Shown piece after piece: positions 32,436-41,334 of a DNA stretch of 64,000 nucleotides. Source of the stretch: an uncultured Collinsella sp. (lineage in GTDB: Bacteria > Actinomycetota > Coriobacteriia > Coriobacteriales > Coriobacteriaceae); NCBI GenBank assembly GCA_937923795.1, contig CALDWI010000002.1:11406-75405 (forward strand), given 5' to 3'. Numbering within the stretch: the stretch's first letter is position 1; every line of letters begins with the position of its first letter. Position numbers and translations under genes: made by a program. Under the pieces are notes generated by a model that saw only the letters and a list, made by a program, of their open reading frames with translations, searched no databases and had not been told where the DNA came from.

Positions 32436-35435
32436 ATGAGCGACATCATGAGGCCGATCCCGTTTTCGCAGCTGATGAACTGGATCATCGAGGAGCACAA
32501 GACTCAGGGCGCCGTCTTTGGCGTGCGCAAGATGGTCACGACCAACCAGGAGGGCGCGCTTCCCATTTTTGACGAGCGCATCGAGACTCCGTTTGGCCCG
32601 GCCGCCGGTCCCAATACGCAGTTGGCCCAGAACATCGTGGCATCCTACGTGGCCGGTTCCCGCTTCTTTGAGCTCAAGACCGTTCAGGTTATGGACGGCG
32701 AGGAGCTCTCCAAGTGTGTCAACAAGCCCTGCATTGTGGCGCAGGACGAGTGCTACAACTGCGAGTGGTCGACCGAGCTCGAGGTTCCGCAGGCTTTTGC
32801 CGAGTACGTGAAGGCATGGTTTGCCTGCCACCTGATCGCTCGCGAGTACGGCCTGGGCAGCCCGGACGGCTTTGTCTTCAACATGTCCGTGGGTTATGAC
32901 CTGGAGGGCATCAAGAGCCCCAAGGTCGACGCCTACATCGAGGGCATGAAGGACGCCAGCGGCTCCGACGTCTGGAACGAGTGCCGCGCATGGGCGCTCG
33001 CCAACCTGGACAAGTTTGAGCATGTCGACGCCGCGTTTGTCGAGTCCATCCCGGCACGCGTCTCCAACTCCATCACCGAGTCTACCCTGCACGGCTGCCC
33101 GCCCGCCGAGATCGAGCGCATCGCGACCTACCTCATCACCGAGAAGGGCCTCAACACCTACATCAAGTGCAACCCCACGCTGCTGGGCTATGAGTTTGCA
33201 CGTCAGCGCCTCAACGAGCTGGGCTTTGACTACATCGTCTTCGACGATACGCACTTCCGCGAGGACCTGCAGTGGGCCGACGCCGTGCCCATGTTCGAGC
33301 GCCTGATTGCCCTGTGCGCCGAGCGCGGCCTGGAGTTTGGCGTCAAGCTTACCAACACCTTCCCCGTCGACGTGACGAGGAACGAGCTGCCTTCCACCGA
33401 GATGTACATGTCCGGCCGTTCGCTGTTCTCGCTGACCATCGAGGCTGCCCGTCGCATTACCGAGCAGTTCGATGGCAAGCTGCGCATCAGCTACTCCGGC
33501 GGTGCTACGGTCTACAACATCCGCGCCCTGTACGATGCCGGCATTTGGCCCGTCACCCTGGCGACCGACGTGCTCAAGCCCGGTGGCTACGAGCGCTTTA
33601 GCCAGATGGCAGGCGAGTTTACCGACCTGGATGGTAAGCCGTTCGCGGGCGTCTCTCTCGAGGCCGTGACTGCGATCCAGACCGACTCGCTCACCAATCC
33701 GCTCTACAAGAAGCCGCTGCGTCCGCTGCCCGACCGCAAGGTCGCCGGCAAGAGTCCGCTTTCCGACTGCTTTACCACGCCGTGCCGTACGAGCTGCCCC
33801 ATCCAGCAGGATATTCCCGCCTACCTGGCGGCTGTTGACGAGGGCCGCTACGAGGACGCGCTCAACATCATCATCGAGCGCAACGCCCTGCCGTTCATTA
33901 CCGGCACCATCTGCCCGCATCCCTGCGGCCGTGCCTGCGAGCGTGCATTCTACGAGCCCGAGGGCGCCCAGATCCGCGCCAGCAAGCTCAAGGCCGCCCG
34001 CGAGGCCATGACCGCCGTGCTGCCCAAGCTGCGCGCCCAGGCCATCGCCAACGACGGCGAGCGCAGCGTTGCCGTTATCGGCGGCGGCCCGGCCGGTCTG
34101 GCGACGGCGTTCTTCCTGACGCGTGCCGGCGTGCCCGTAACCATCTTCGAGGCCCGCGATTCGCTCGGCGGCGTGGTCCGTCACGTGATCCCCGAGTTCC
34201 GTATCGCGAGCGACGATATCTCCCACGATGCTGAGCTCTGCCTGGCCTTTGGCGCCAAGGTTCAGCTTAACGCTCACGTGGAGTCCATTGACGAACTCAA
34301 GGCCCAGGGCTTTACCGACGTGGTCGTGGCCACCGGCGCCTGGATGCCCGGCTCTGCGGGCTTGGGCGAGGGCGCCGAGCTCGACGTGCTGGAGTTCCTC
34401 GAGGCCGCCAAGAAGGGCGAGAAGCTCGAGCTGGGCGAGGACGTCGTGGTCATCGGCGCCGGCAACACCGCCATGGATGCTGCCCGCGTGGCCAGGCGCC
34501 TGGCTGGTGTGAAGAACGTGCGCCTGGTGTATCGCCGCACCAAGAAGCAGATGCCCGCCGACGAGGAAGAGCTTGATCTTGCTCTTGCCGACGGCGTTGA
34601 GTTCTGCGAGCTGCTGGCGCCCAAGGCACTCAACGGCGCCGTGCTGACTTGCGACGTTATGGAGCTTGGCGAGCCGGATGCAAGCGGCCGTCGCAGCCCT
34701 GTCGCCACGGGTGAGACCGTCGAGCTTCCCGCCACCACGGTGATCTGCGCCGTGGGCGAGGGCATCGATGCCAGCCTGTACGATGCCGCGGGCGTCGAGC
34801 ACGACCGTCGCGGCCGCCTTGCCGCCACCTCCACCGGCGTCGAGGGCGTCTGGGCCGCGGGCGACTGCCGTCGCGGCCCTGCCACCGTGGTCGAGGCTAT
34901 TGCCGACGCCGCCGAGGTCGCCCGTGCCATCGCCGGTGTGGACTTTAACAAGTACGCCGATTGCAACGAGCAGGCTGGCCACGAGGACACCTGCTACGAG
35001 CGCAAGGGGTCGCTGTGCCGCGACAAGCGCAACTGCACCAAGACCCGCTGCCTGGGCTGCGGTTCGGTGTGCGAGGTCTGCTGCGACGTGTGCCCCAACC
35101 GCGCCAACGTTGCCATCAAGGTGCCGGGCCTGGCCAAGCATCAGGTCCTCCATGTCGACGGCATGTGCAATGAGTGCGGCAACTGCGCCGTGTTCTGCCC
35201 CTACCAGGAGGGTCGTCCCTACAAGGACAAGCTCACCCTGTTCTGGAGCGAGCAGGACATGGAGAACTCCGAGAACGAGGGCTTCCTGGCCGTGGACGAG
35301 GATCACTTTAAGGTCCGCGTCGCCGGCACGGTCCGCACCGTCTCGGTCGATGCCGTCAACACCGGCCTTCCCGAGGCCGTCCGCCTGACCATCAGGGCCG
35401 TGCGCGACAACTATTCGTACCTTCTTAAGAAATAG
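32436..35435 (+). CDS. ygfK: YgfK-type Fe-S/FAD oxidoreductase (annotated in E. coli as putative selenate reductase subunit; DPD/GltD-like)
   Basis: MSDIMRPIPFSQLMNWI matches the recalled E. coli YgfK N-terminus MGDIMRPIPFEELL. Also VAVIGGGPAGLA dinucleotide fold, GAGNTAMD, and C-terminal CxxC clusters. Start moved to the ATG at 32436. Confidence 0.88.
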   Translation: MSDIMRPIPFSQLMNWIIEEHKTQGAVFGVRKMVTTNQEGALPIFDERIETPFGPAAGPNTQLAQNIVASYVAGSRFFELKTVQVMDGEELSKCVNKPCIVAQDECYNCEWSTELEVPQAFAEYVKAWFACHLIAREYGLGSPDGFVFNMSVGYDLEGIKSPKVDAYIEGMKDASGSDVWNECRAWALANLDKFEHVDAAFVESIPARVSNSITESTLHGCPPAEIERIATYLITEKGLNTYIKCNPTLLGYEFARQRLNELGFDYIVFDDTHFREDLQWADAVPMFERLIALCAERGLEFGVKLTNTFPVDVTRNELPSTEMYMSGRSLFSLTIEAARRITEQFDGKLRISYSGGATVYNIRALYDAGIWPVTLATDVLKPGGYERFSQMAGEFTDLDGKPFAGVSLEAVTAIQTDSLTNPLYKKPLRPLPDRKVAGKSPLSDCFTTPCRTSCPIQQDIPAYLAAVDEGRYEDALNIIIERNALPFITGTICPHPCGRACERAFYEPEGAQIRASKLKAAREAMTAVLPKLRAQAIANDGERSVAVIGGGPAGLATAFFLTRAGVPVTIFEARDSLGGVVRHVIPEFRIASDDISHDAELCLAFGAKVQLNAHVESIDELKAQGFTDVVVATGAWMPGSAGLGEGAELDVLEFLEAAKKGEKLELGEDVVVIGAGNTAMDAARVARRLAGVKNVRLVYRRTKKQMPADEEELDLALADGVEFCELLAPKALNGAVLTCDVMELGEPDASGRRSPVATGETVELPATTVICAVGEGIDASLYDAAGVEHDRRGRLAATSTGVEGVWAAGDCRRGPATVVEAIADAAEVARAIAGVDFNKYADCNEQAGHEDTCYERKGSLCRDKRNCTKTRCLGCGSVCEVCCDVCPNRANVAIKVPGLAKHQVLHVDGMCNECGNCAVFCPYQEGRPYKDKLTLFWSEQDMENSENEGFLAVDEDHFKVRVAGTVRTVSVDAVNTGLPEAVRLTIRAVRDNYSYLLKK

Positions 35436-35446
35436 GCGAGTCTCTT

Positions 35447-35926
35447 ATGACCAAATCCATTCAACATAACGTGGCCTACGTTGCCTGCGGAAGCGGTTGC
35501 GCCTCCGCAGGCGGCGACGCCCGCTGCAGCGAAGGCTGCATTGGCTGTGGCGCCTGCGTTACGGCCTGCCCCCACGGTGCCATCGCACTGGTCGACGGCG
35601 TCGCCCGCGTGGACCGCTCCAAGTGCACGGGCTGTGGCCTGTGCGGCATGGCGTGCCCGCAGCGCGTGATTGCCTTCGTTCCCGGCTACCAGAACATCCT
35701 GGTGCGCTGCAACAACACCGATAAGGGCGCCATTGCCCGCAAGATCTGCGACACGAGCTGCATCGGTTGCGGCATGTGCGCCAAAAAGTGCCCCGCCGGC
35801 GCTATCCGCATCGAGGACAACTGCGCCCATATCGACGGCGCGGACTGCCTGTCGTGCGGCATGTGCGCCGTCGTCTGCCCGCATGGCGCTATCCACGACC
35901 GCACCGGCATCGCCGCCGGCGTGTAG
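35447..35926 (+). CDS. Poly-ferredoxin: 4 x [4Fe-4S] binding-motif protein
   Basis: Four CxxCxxCxxxCP motifs: CIGCGACVTACP, CTGCGLCGMACP, CIGCGMCAKKCP, CLSCGMCAVVCP. Confidence 0.85.
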   Translation: MTKSIQHNVAYVACGSGCASAGGDARCSEGCIGCGACVTACPHGAIALVDGVARVDRSKCTGCGLCGMACPQRVIAFVPGYQNILVRCNNTDKGAIARKICDTSCIGCGMCAKKCPAGAIRIEDNCAHIDGADCLSCGMCAVVCPHGAIHDRTGIAAGV

Positions 35927-35938
35927 AAGGGAATCACC

Positions 35939-38716
35939 ATGGCACAGGAATTCACTTTTACCGTTAACGGCGTCGAGCGCACGACGACCCAAAACAAACC
36001 GTTGCTGCGCTACCTGCGCGACGACCTGCATATCCATTCCGCCAAGGACGGCTGCTCCGAGGGCGCGTGCGGTACCTGCACCATCCACGTGGACGGTGCG
36101 GCCGTCAAGGCGTGCGTGCTGACCACCGCCCTTGCCGCCGGTCGCAACATCGTGACCGTCGAGGGCCTGCCCGAGGACGTGCGTGAGGCCTTTGTGTACG
36201 CCTTTGGCGCCGTGGGCGCCGTGCAGTGCGGGTTTTGCATTCCCGGCATGGTCATGGCGGGTGCGGCGCTCATCGCCGAGGACCCCGAGCCCACCGAGGA
36301 GCAGATCAAGTACGCCATCCGCGGCAATGTCTGCCGTTGCACCGGCTACAAAAAGATTATCGAGGGCATTTCGCTGGCGGCCGCGGTGCTCCGCGGCGAA
36401 AAGCAGATCGACGAGGACCTGGAGCGCGGCGACGACTACGGCGTGGGCAAGCGCGCCTTCCGTATCGACGTGCGCAAGAAGGTGCTCGGCGAGGGCAAGT
36501 ACCCCGACGACATCGACGAGCTCGATCACCCGGGCCTGACCTATGCCAGCGCCGTGCGCTCCAAGTACCCGCGCGCCCGCGTGCTCTCCATCGATACCTC
36601 CAAGGCCGAGGCCCTGCCCGGTGTGGTGGGCATCCTGCGCGCCGAGGACGTGCCGGTCAACCAGGTCGGCCACCTTATCCAGGACTGGGACGTCATGATC
36701 GCCCAGGGCGATATCACCCGCTGCGTGGGCGATGCCATCGTGCTGGTGGTTGCCGAGGACGAGGCGACGCTCGAGAAGGCCAAGAAGCTCGTAAAGATTG
36801 ATTACGAGCCGCTGGAGCCTGTGCGCAACATCGCCGAGGCCAAGGCTGCCGACGCGCCGCGCCTGCACGACAGCTTCTTTGCCTTTGGCAACACGGTGGA
36901 GCTCAAGGACAACGTGTGCCAGAGCCGCCATGTGACGCGCGGCGACGCCGCCAAGGCGCTGGCGGAGAGCGCATTCACCGTGACGCAGCGCTTTACCACA
37001 CCCTTTACCGAGCATGCCTTCTTGGAGCCCGAGTGCGCCGTCGCCTACCCGTACAAGAACGGCGTCAAGGTGCAGTCGACCGACCAGGGCGCCTACGATA
37101 CGCGCAAAGAGTGTGCCCACATGTTTGGCTGGGACAACGAGCCCGAGCGCGTGGTCGTCGAGACCATGCTCGTGGGTGGCGGCTTTGGCGGCAAGGAGGA
37201 CGTGTCCATCCAGCACCTGGCCGCGCTCGCCGCATATAAGTTCCAGCGTCCTGTGAAGTGCAAACTCACACGTGCCGAGTCGCTTGCGTTCCATCCCAAG
37301 CGCCATGCCATGGACGGCACCTTTACGCTGGGCTGCGACGCCGAGGGCAACTTTACCGGCCTGGACTGCGAGATTAACTTTGACACCGGCGCCTATGCGT
37401 CGCTGTGCGGCCCGGTGCTCGAACGCGCCTGTACGCATGCTGTCGGCCCCTACAAGTACCAGAACACCGACATTCGCGGCTTTGGCTACTACACCAACAA
37501 CCCGCCCGCCGGCGCGTACCGAGGCTTTGGCGTTTGCCAGTCCGAGTTTGCGCTCGAGAGCCTGATCGACCTGCTGGCCGAGAAGGTCGGCTTGGATCCG
37601 TGGGAGATCCGCTACCGTAACGCCATCGAGCCGGGCGAGGTTTTGCCCAACGGCCAGATTGCCGACTGCTCCACGGCGCTTAAGGAGACGCTGCTCGAGG
37701 TCAAGGATGCCTACTACGCGCATCCCGGACATGCCGGCATTGCCTGCGCCATGAAGAACGCCGGCGTGGGCGTGGGCCTGCCCGATGCCGGCCGCTGCAA
37801 GATTCGCGTCGAGGATGGCCGCGCCGTGGTCTACGCCGCCACGTCCGACATCGGCCAGGGCTGCAACACCGTCTTTTTGCAAGACGTTGCCGAGGCCTGC
37901 GGTCTGCCGCTGAGCTGCATCGCCAACGGCGAGTGTTCCACCGAGAATGCTCCCGACTCCGGCACCACGTCTGGCTCGCGTCAGACGGTCGTGACCGGCG
38001 AGGCCGTACGCGGTGCCGCCTTCCTGCTGCGCGATGCCATGCTTGACATCGAGGCCGGCAAGTCCGCACCCGATGCTCCTGTGAGTGCGCATGGTGATGG
38101 CGTCAAGATCGAGTACGACGACGGTCGCGCCTATCAGCTGCGCACGCAGGAGCTCGTCGCCGGCCAGGGTATGCATCCTCAGGATCCCGCGGCCGCCATC
38201 AAGGCGCTCGAGGGATGCGAGTTTGGCTACGTGTACCTGGAGCCGACCGACAAGCTGGGTGCGGATGTTCCCAACCCCAAGAGCCACATCTGCTACGGCT
38301 TTGCCACACATGTGGTCATTTTGGATGATGACGGTCGCGTGAGCGAGGTCTATGCCGCGCACGATTCCGGCAAGGTGGTCAACCCCATCTCCATCCAGGG
38401 TCAGATCGAAGGCGGCGTGCTCATGGGTATGGGCTATGCGCTTACCGAGGACTGGCCGCTCAAGGACTGCGTGCCCCAGGCAAGGTACGGTACGCTCGGG
38501 CTGTTCCGTGCGCCCGAGATTCCGGATATCCACGCCATCTACGTGGAGAAGGACGAGCTGCTGCCCGTGGCATACGGCGGCAAGGGCATCGGCGAGATCG
38601 CAACGATCCCCACGGCGCCCGCCGTGCAGAACGCCTACCGCGCGTTTGACGGCAAGCTGCGTCCAGATCTGCCCATGGTGGATACGCCCTACAGCCGCGC
38701 CCGTCGCCGCGGGTAG
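35939..38716 (+). CDS. xdhD: Molybdopterin hydroxylase of the xanthine dehydrogenase family with a fused N-terminal [2Fe-2S] domain (XdhD-like)
   Basis: CSEGACGTCTIHVDG, CGFCIPGMVM and CRCTGY 2Fe-2S motifs, followed by an aldehyde oxidase/xanthine dehydrogenase a/b hammerhead and Mo-binding domains (GGGFGGKE, RGFG). Confidence 0.88.
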   Translation: MAQEFTFTVNGVERTTTQNKPLLRYLRDDLHIHSAKDGCSEGACGTCTIHVDGAAVKACVLTTALAAGRNIVTVEGLPEDVREAFVYAFGAVGAVQCGFCIPGMVMAGAALIAEDPEPTEEQIKYAIRGNVCRCTGYKKIIEGISLAAAVLRGEKQIDEDLERGDDYGVGKRAFRIDVRKKVLGEGKYPDDIDELDHPGLTYASAVRSKYPRARVLSIDTSKAEALPGVVGILRAEDVPVNQVGHLIQDWDVMIAQGDITRCVGDAIVLVVAEDEATLEKAKKLVKIDYEPLEPVRNIAEAKAADAPRLHDSFFAFGNTVELKDNVCQSRHVTRGDAAKALAESAFTVTQRFTTPFTEHAFLEPECAVAYPYKNGVKVQSTDQGAYDTRKECAHMFGWDNEPERVVVETMLVGGGFGGKEDVSIQHLAALAAYKFQRPVKCKLTRAESLAFHPKRHAMDGTFTLGCDAEGNFTGLDCEINFDTGAYASLCGPVLERACTHAVGPYKYQNTDIRGFGYYTNNPPAGAYRGFGVCQSEFALESLIDLLAEKVGLDPWEIRYRNAIEPGEVLPNGQIADCSTALKETLLEVKDAYYAHPGHAGIACAMKNAGVGVGLPDAGRCKIRVEDGRAVVYAATSDIGQGCNTVFLQDVAEACGLPLSCIANGECSTENAPDSGTTSGSRQTVVTGEAVRGAAFLLRDAMLDIEAGKSAPDAPVSAHGDGVKIEYDDGRAYQLRTQELVAGQGMHPQDPAAAIKALEGCEFGYVYLEPTDKLGADVPNPKSHICYGFATHVVILDDDGRVSEVYAAHDSGKVVNPISIQGQIEGGVLMGMGYALTEDWPLKDCVPQARYGTLGLFRAPEIPDIHAIYVEKDELLPVAYGGKGIGEIATIPTAPAVQNAYRAFDGKLRPDLPMVDTPYSRARRRG

Positions 38717-38785
38717 GGTAGAGCGTGGACGGCCATTGTTGACGGGCCGTTCGCGCTGAGCATCAACTACATACGCTGCGCCTTT

Positions 38786-38821
38786 GGCCCCGGCTCCATC
38801 GCGAGCCGGGGCCTTTTGTTT
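38786..38821 (+). terminator. Rho-independent terminator after xdhD
   Basis: ggccccggct-ccatcgcg-agccggggcc followed by ttttgttt. Confidence 0.8.
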
Positions 38822-38896
38822 GGAGCGGAGGCCGCGTCTCGGAACGGGTCGTGCTTTCCTTTTGAGCCTCGGGACTGCGGACGATTTCTTGGACCG

Positions 38897-39200
38897 TTAC
38901 GCGGCCCTTCCCAGTGCGGCGCGGAACTCGGCCGGCGTGCGGCCGCCGAGCGCATCGCTGCGCCTCTCCGTATTGTATCGGCCGATCCAGCCCCCCGAGC
39001 TCCTCGATGAAGCGGGCGGGGGGCTGGATCGACCAGTCCCTGCCGTGCCAGAACTCCCTCTTGAGCAGGCCGAAGAAGCCCTCCATCGCCGCGTTGTCTG
39101 GGCTGCAGCCCTTGGCGGACATGCTCCTGGCGAGGCTGTGCCCCTCGCAGATCGAAATCCGGCCGGGCCAGCGGTACGGAAAAGTGTCAAATTCGATAGT
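38897..39200 (-). pseudogene. IS3-family transposase (OrfB/rve) 3'-terminal remnant, frameshifted
   Basis: One frame gives SMSAKGCSPDNAAMEGFFGLLKREF. A second frame continues WIGRYNTERRSDALGGRTPAEFRAAL. Both are typical C-terminal IS3 integrase motifs, and no N-terminal or catalytic DDE part is present. Confidence 0.75.
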
Positions 39201-39230
39201 CAAATTATCCGGAAAAGTGTAGATGGATGA

Positions 39231-39258
39231 CAAAACAGCACTTAGAAGCTGGTGCTGG
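39231..39258 (-). terminator. Weak intrinsic terminator downstream of the Pro/Ala-rich protein gene
   Basis: Minus strand reads cagcac-cagcttctaa-gtgctg followed by tttt. Confidence 0.4.
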
Positions 39259-39290
39259 ATGCGGGATCCTGCGGCCGCCTTCAGCCCTCG

Positions 39291-40280
39291 CTACTCATCG
39301 TCTCCGTCGTTGGGGTCGCCCTTGAGGGTGTTGATGTCCAGGTACTGGTTATCGTCCTCTTTTTGCTGGGTCTCCGACTCCGCTTGGGTGGGGCCGCGGA
39401 ACAGCTGGAATCCCTCAAATGCAATGACACCGAGCAGGGCAATGATAATGGCGATAAAGGCAACCTTGACTGCCTGCGGAAATTCCGAGAAACGCAGTGC
39501 CTTTTCCTCGGCGTAATAATCGGCGAAGCGCTCTTCGCCCGTGCTTTTGGTATACGCCGGCGCGGACGCGGCCTCCGGGTCATATTCCGGTGCGGGCGTG
39601 GCAGCGTACGGATCGTTGGGATAATCGCTCGACGCGGTGCCATAGTCCTCGGTCTCGATGCGACTGTTGCCAGCATAGCCATCGGAATAATCGGAATATG
39701 CCGTACCGCCCTCATAGTCTGCGGCGCTCGTGTTGGCGGCAAAAAGCGGGTTAACTGGAACGTCGAGCGCCGGCATGCCGGTAGAGGTCTCATCCAGATC
39801 GGTTGCAGCCCAGGAATCGTAGGCAACCTGATGGGCAACGGGCTCATCGAGCCTTGCGACCGGAGGCTTGCGTGCCGCAGGAACAGGCAACTGCTGGGCG
39901 CTGTACATAACAGTGCTGTCGGCCGATTTGCCCTGCGTCGCTGCTGCGAGAAATGCCGCCGTCTCGGATGGGTCACTTGCGGGGCGGGGAGCGGGCGTGG
40001 GCGCCGAAGTGGGTGCGGGTGTAGGCGCGGGCGTCGAAACAGCCGACTGCGCAGGAGTCGGCGCAGATGCGGTCTTAGGCGCAAGTGCGGGATTGGGGCT
40101 TGACGGGCGAGCCGCGCCGCCGCCCATGAGTTCGTCGGCGGTCCACGGGCGATCATCCATCACATCGTCAAGGCTCAGCGAAAACAGGTCGTCTTCACCC
40201 TCATCGAACATGCGGTGCACATGTCCACCAATTGCCGGAATCAATCCGCGACCGGTGCATGATGCCTTGCTCAACGCCAT
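39291..40280 (-). CDS. Hypothetical Pro/Ala/Thr-rich protein with a single C-terminal transmembrane helix and an acidic tail
   Basis: Codon usage is like neighbouring genes, and an AAAGGA RBS precedes the ATG at 40280. Low-complexity PAPTPAPTSAPTPAP region, TM segment VKVAFIAIIIALLGVIAF, and no recognisable domain. Confidence 0.6.
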   Translation of the reverse strand: MALSKASCTGRGLIPAIGGHVHRMFDEGEDDLFSLSLDDVMDDRPWTADELMGGGAARPSSPNPALAPKTASAPTPAQSAVSTPAPTPAPTSAPTPAPRPASDPSETAAFLAAATQGKSADSTVMYSAQQLPVPAARKPPVARLDEPVAHQVAYDSWAATDLDETSTGMPALDVPVNPLFAANTSAADYEGGTAYSDYSDGYAGNSRIETEDYGTASSDYPNDPYAATPAPEYDPEAASAPAYTKSTGEERFADYYAEEKALRFSEFPQAVKVAFIAIIIALLGVIAFEGFQLFRGPTQAESETQQKEDDNQYLDINTLKGDPNDGDDE

Positions 40281-40403
40281 TCTGTTCCATCCTTTCGAAA
40301 TACTAATGACATCGATTATATGGAACTTCCCAAGTGGCTCGGTCTTGGATTCGTGCTTTCCAGAACTCGCGCCCAAAAGGGGAGGGGCAATCCAGGCGAG
40401 CGC

Positions 40404-41057
40404 CTACTTGTCGCCGGCCGCCGCCTTGGCCTCATTGAGGTAGCTATAAAAACTGTACTTGGAGATGCCAAAGAACTCGCAGGCGCGCTCGCTCGACTTG
40501 GAAATGAGGAAGGCGCCGCGACGGTCGAGGTAGCCAATGGCACGAATGCGCTCGTCTTTGGTCATGAGTGCCGCGGGCTTGCCCACAAACTGCTCGCACT
40601 CGTGCAGCAGGTCCTCGAGCAGGTCGCCGATGTTCTTGGTAATGGGCTCGGGCTCGGTATAGCCCGTGCCGCCGGTGCCGGTAAAGGCGTCGAGCGAACG
40701 CTCAAAAGCCTTCATGAGCGTAATGTCAAAGTTAATGCCCAAAATGCCGACGGGCTTGCCTTCGTCGTTGCGGATAAAGATCGTCGACGATTTGAGCAGC
40801 TTGCCATCGGTGGTTTTGGTGAGGTATGGCTCGCGGTCGTGCACGTCGGTGGTGCCCTCGTGCATGGACTCAAACACGATATGGCTGGGGCCGTCACCCA
40901 GTTTGCGCCCGCTGACGTGGCCGTTTTCGATCACTACGATGGAGTGGTCCACGTCCTCGGTTTCCAGATCGTGGACGACGACTTCGCAGTTGGGGCCAAA
41001 TTGGAGCGCCAGGCCGTGTGCTAGGCGCTTGTAAAACTCAATCTGTGCGGGGGTCAT
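40404..41057 (-). CDS. YheO-like PAS domain plus HTH transcriptional regulator (copy 2)
   Basis: LALQFGPNCEVVVHDLETEDVDHSIVVIENGHVSGRKLG and C-terminal FFGISKYSFYSYL. Start chosen at the ATG at 41057. Confidence 0.75.
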   Translation of the reverse strand: MTPAQIEFYKRLAHGLALQFGPNCEVVVHDLETEDVDHSIVVIENGHVSGRKLGDGPSHIVFESMHEGTTDVHDREPYLTKTTDGKLLKSSTIFIRNDEGKPVGILGINFDITLMKAFERSLDAFTGTGGTGYTEPEPITKNIGDLLEDLLHECEQFVGKPAALMTKDERIRAIGYLDRRGAFLISKSSERACEFFGISKYSFYSYLNEAKAAAGDK

Positions 41058-41195
41058 GGGTGCCTTCCTAAAAATTAGTTTGGGCACACTTTGCCATAAA
41101 CCACACTTGACCGCAAACAAATCCATCAACAAGGCAATTCATGACCGTTCGGCGGCGAAAAAGTACCGATTACGGCAACAAACAATTCGTTAGGT

Positions 41196-41248
41196 ATGCC
41201 AATCAAAAAGTGTGATAGAACATTACTAACAAACTTTTTGTTTGGCAT
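41196..41248. promoter_or_regulatory. 16-bp inverted repeat (15/16) in the regulator/ygeX divergent promoter region; candidate operator
   Basis: atgccaatcaaaaagt (41196-41211) versus actttttgtttggcat (41233-41248), 21-bp spacer, AT-rich context. Confidence 0.4.
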
Positions 41249-41334
41249 CCACATAAAAGTTCAGCCGTGTGAATGGGATCGGGCTGAAACGCGTATGCGG
41301 GGGCCGGCAAGAGAGGACTTAAGGAGTTCACCGT

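Noticed and set aside
29302-38533. Three giant minus-strand ORFs (939, 1007 and 1040 aa) opposite the permease/ssnA, ygfK and xdhD genes
   Set aside because: They are antisense shadows of genes with strong homology-type evidence. The sequences are repetitive (G/A/D/R/H/L) and lack any motifs.
38763-39233. Intact 156-aa gene on the minus strand
   Set aside because: Only its middle matches a transposase C-terminus, and the match continues in another frame. It is therefore a frameshifted IS3 remnant, not a functional CDS.
41081-41094. Sigma-54 promoter-like TGGGCACACTTTGC upstream of ygeX (the E. coli cluster neighbours the sigma-54 activator gene ygeV)
   Set aside because: The GG-to-GC spacing is 1-2 nt shorter than the strict -24/-12 geometry. 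No enhancer-binding protein gene is present in the window.
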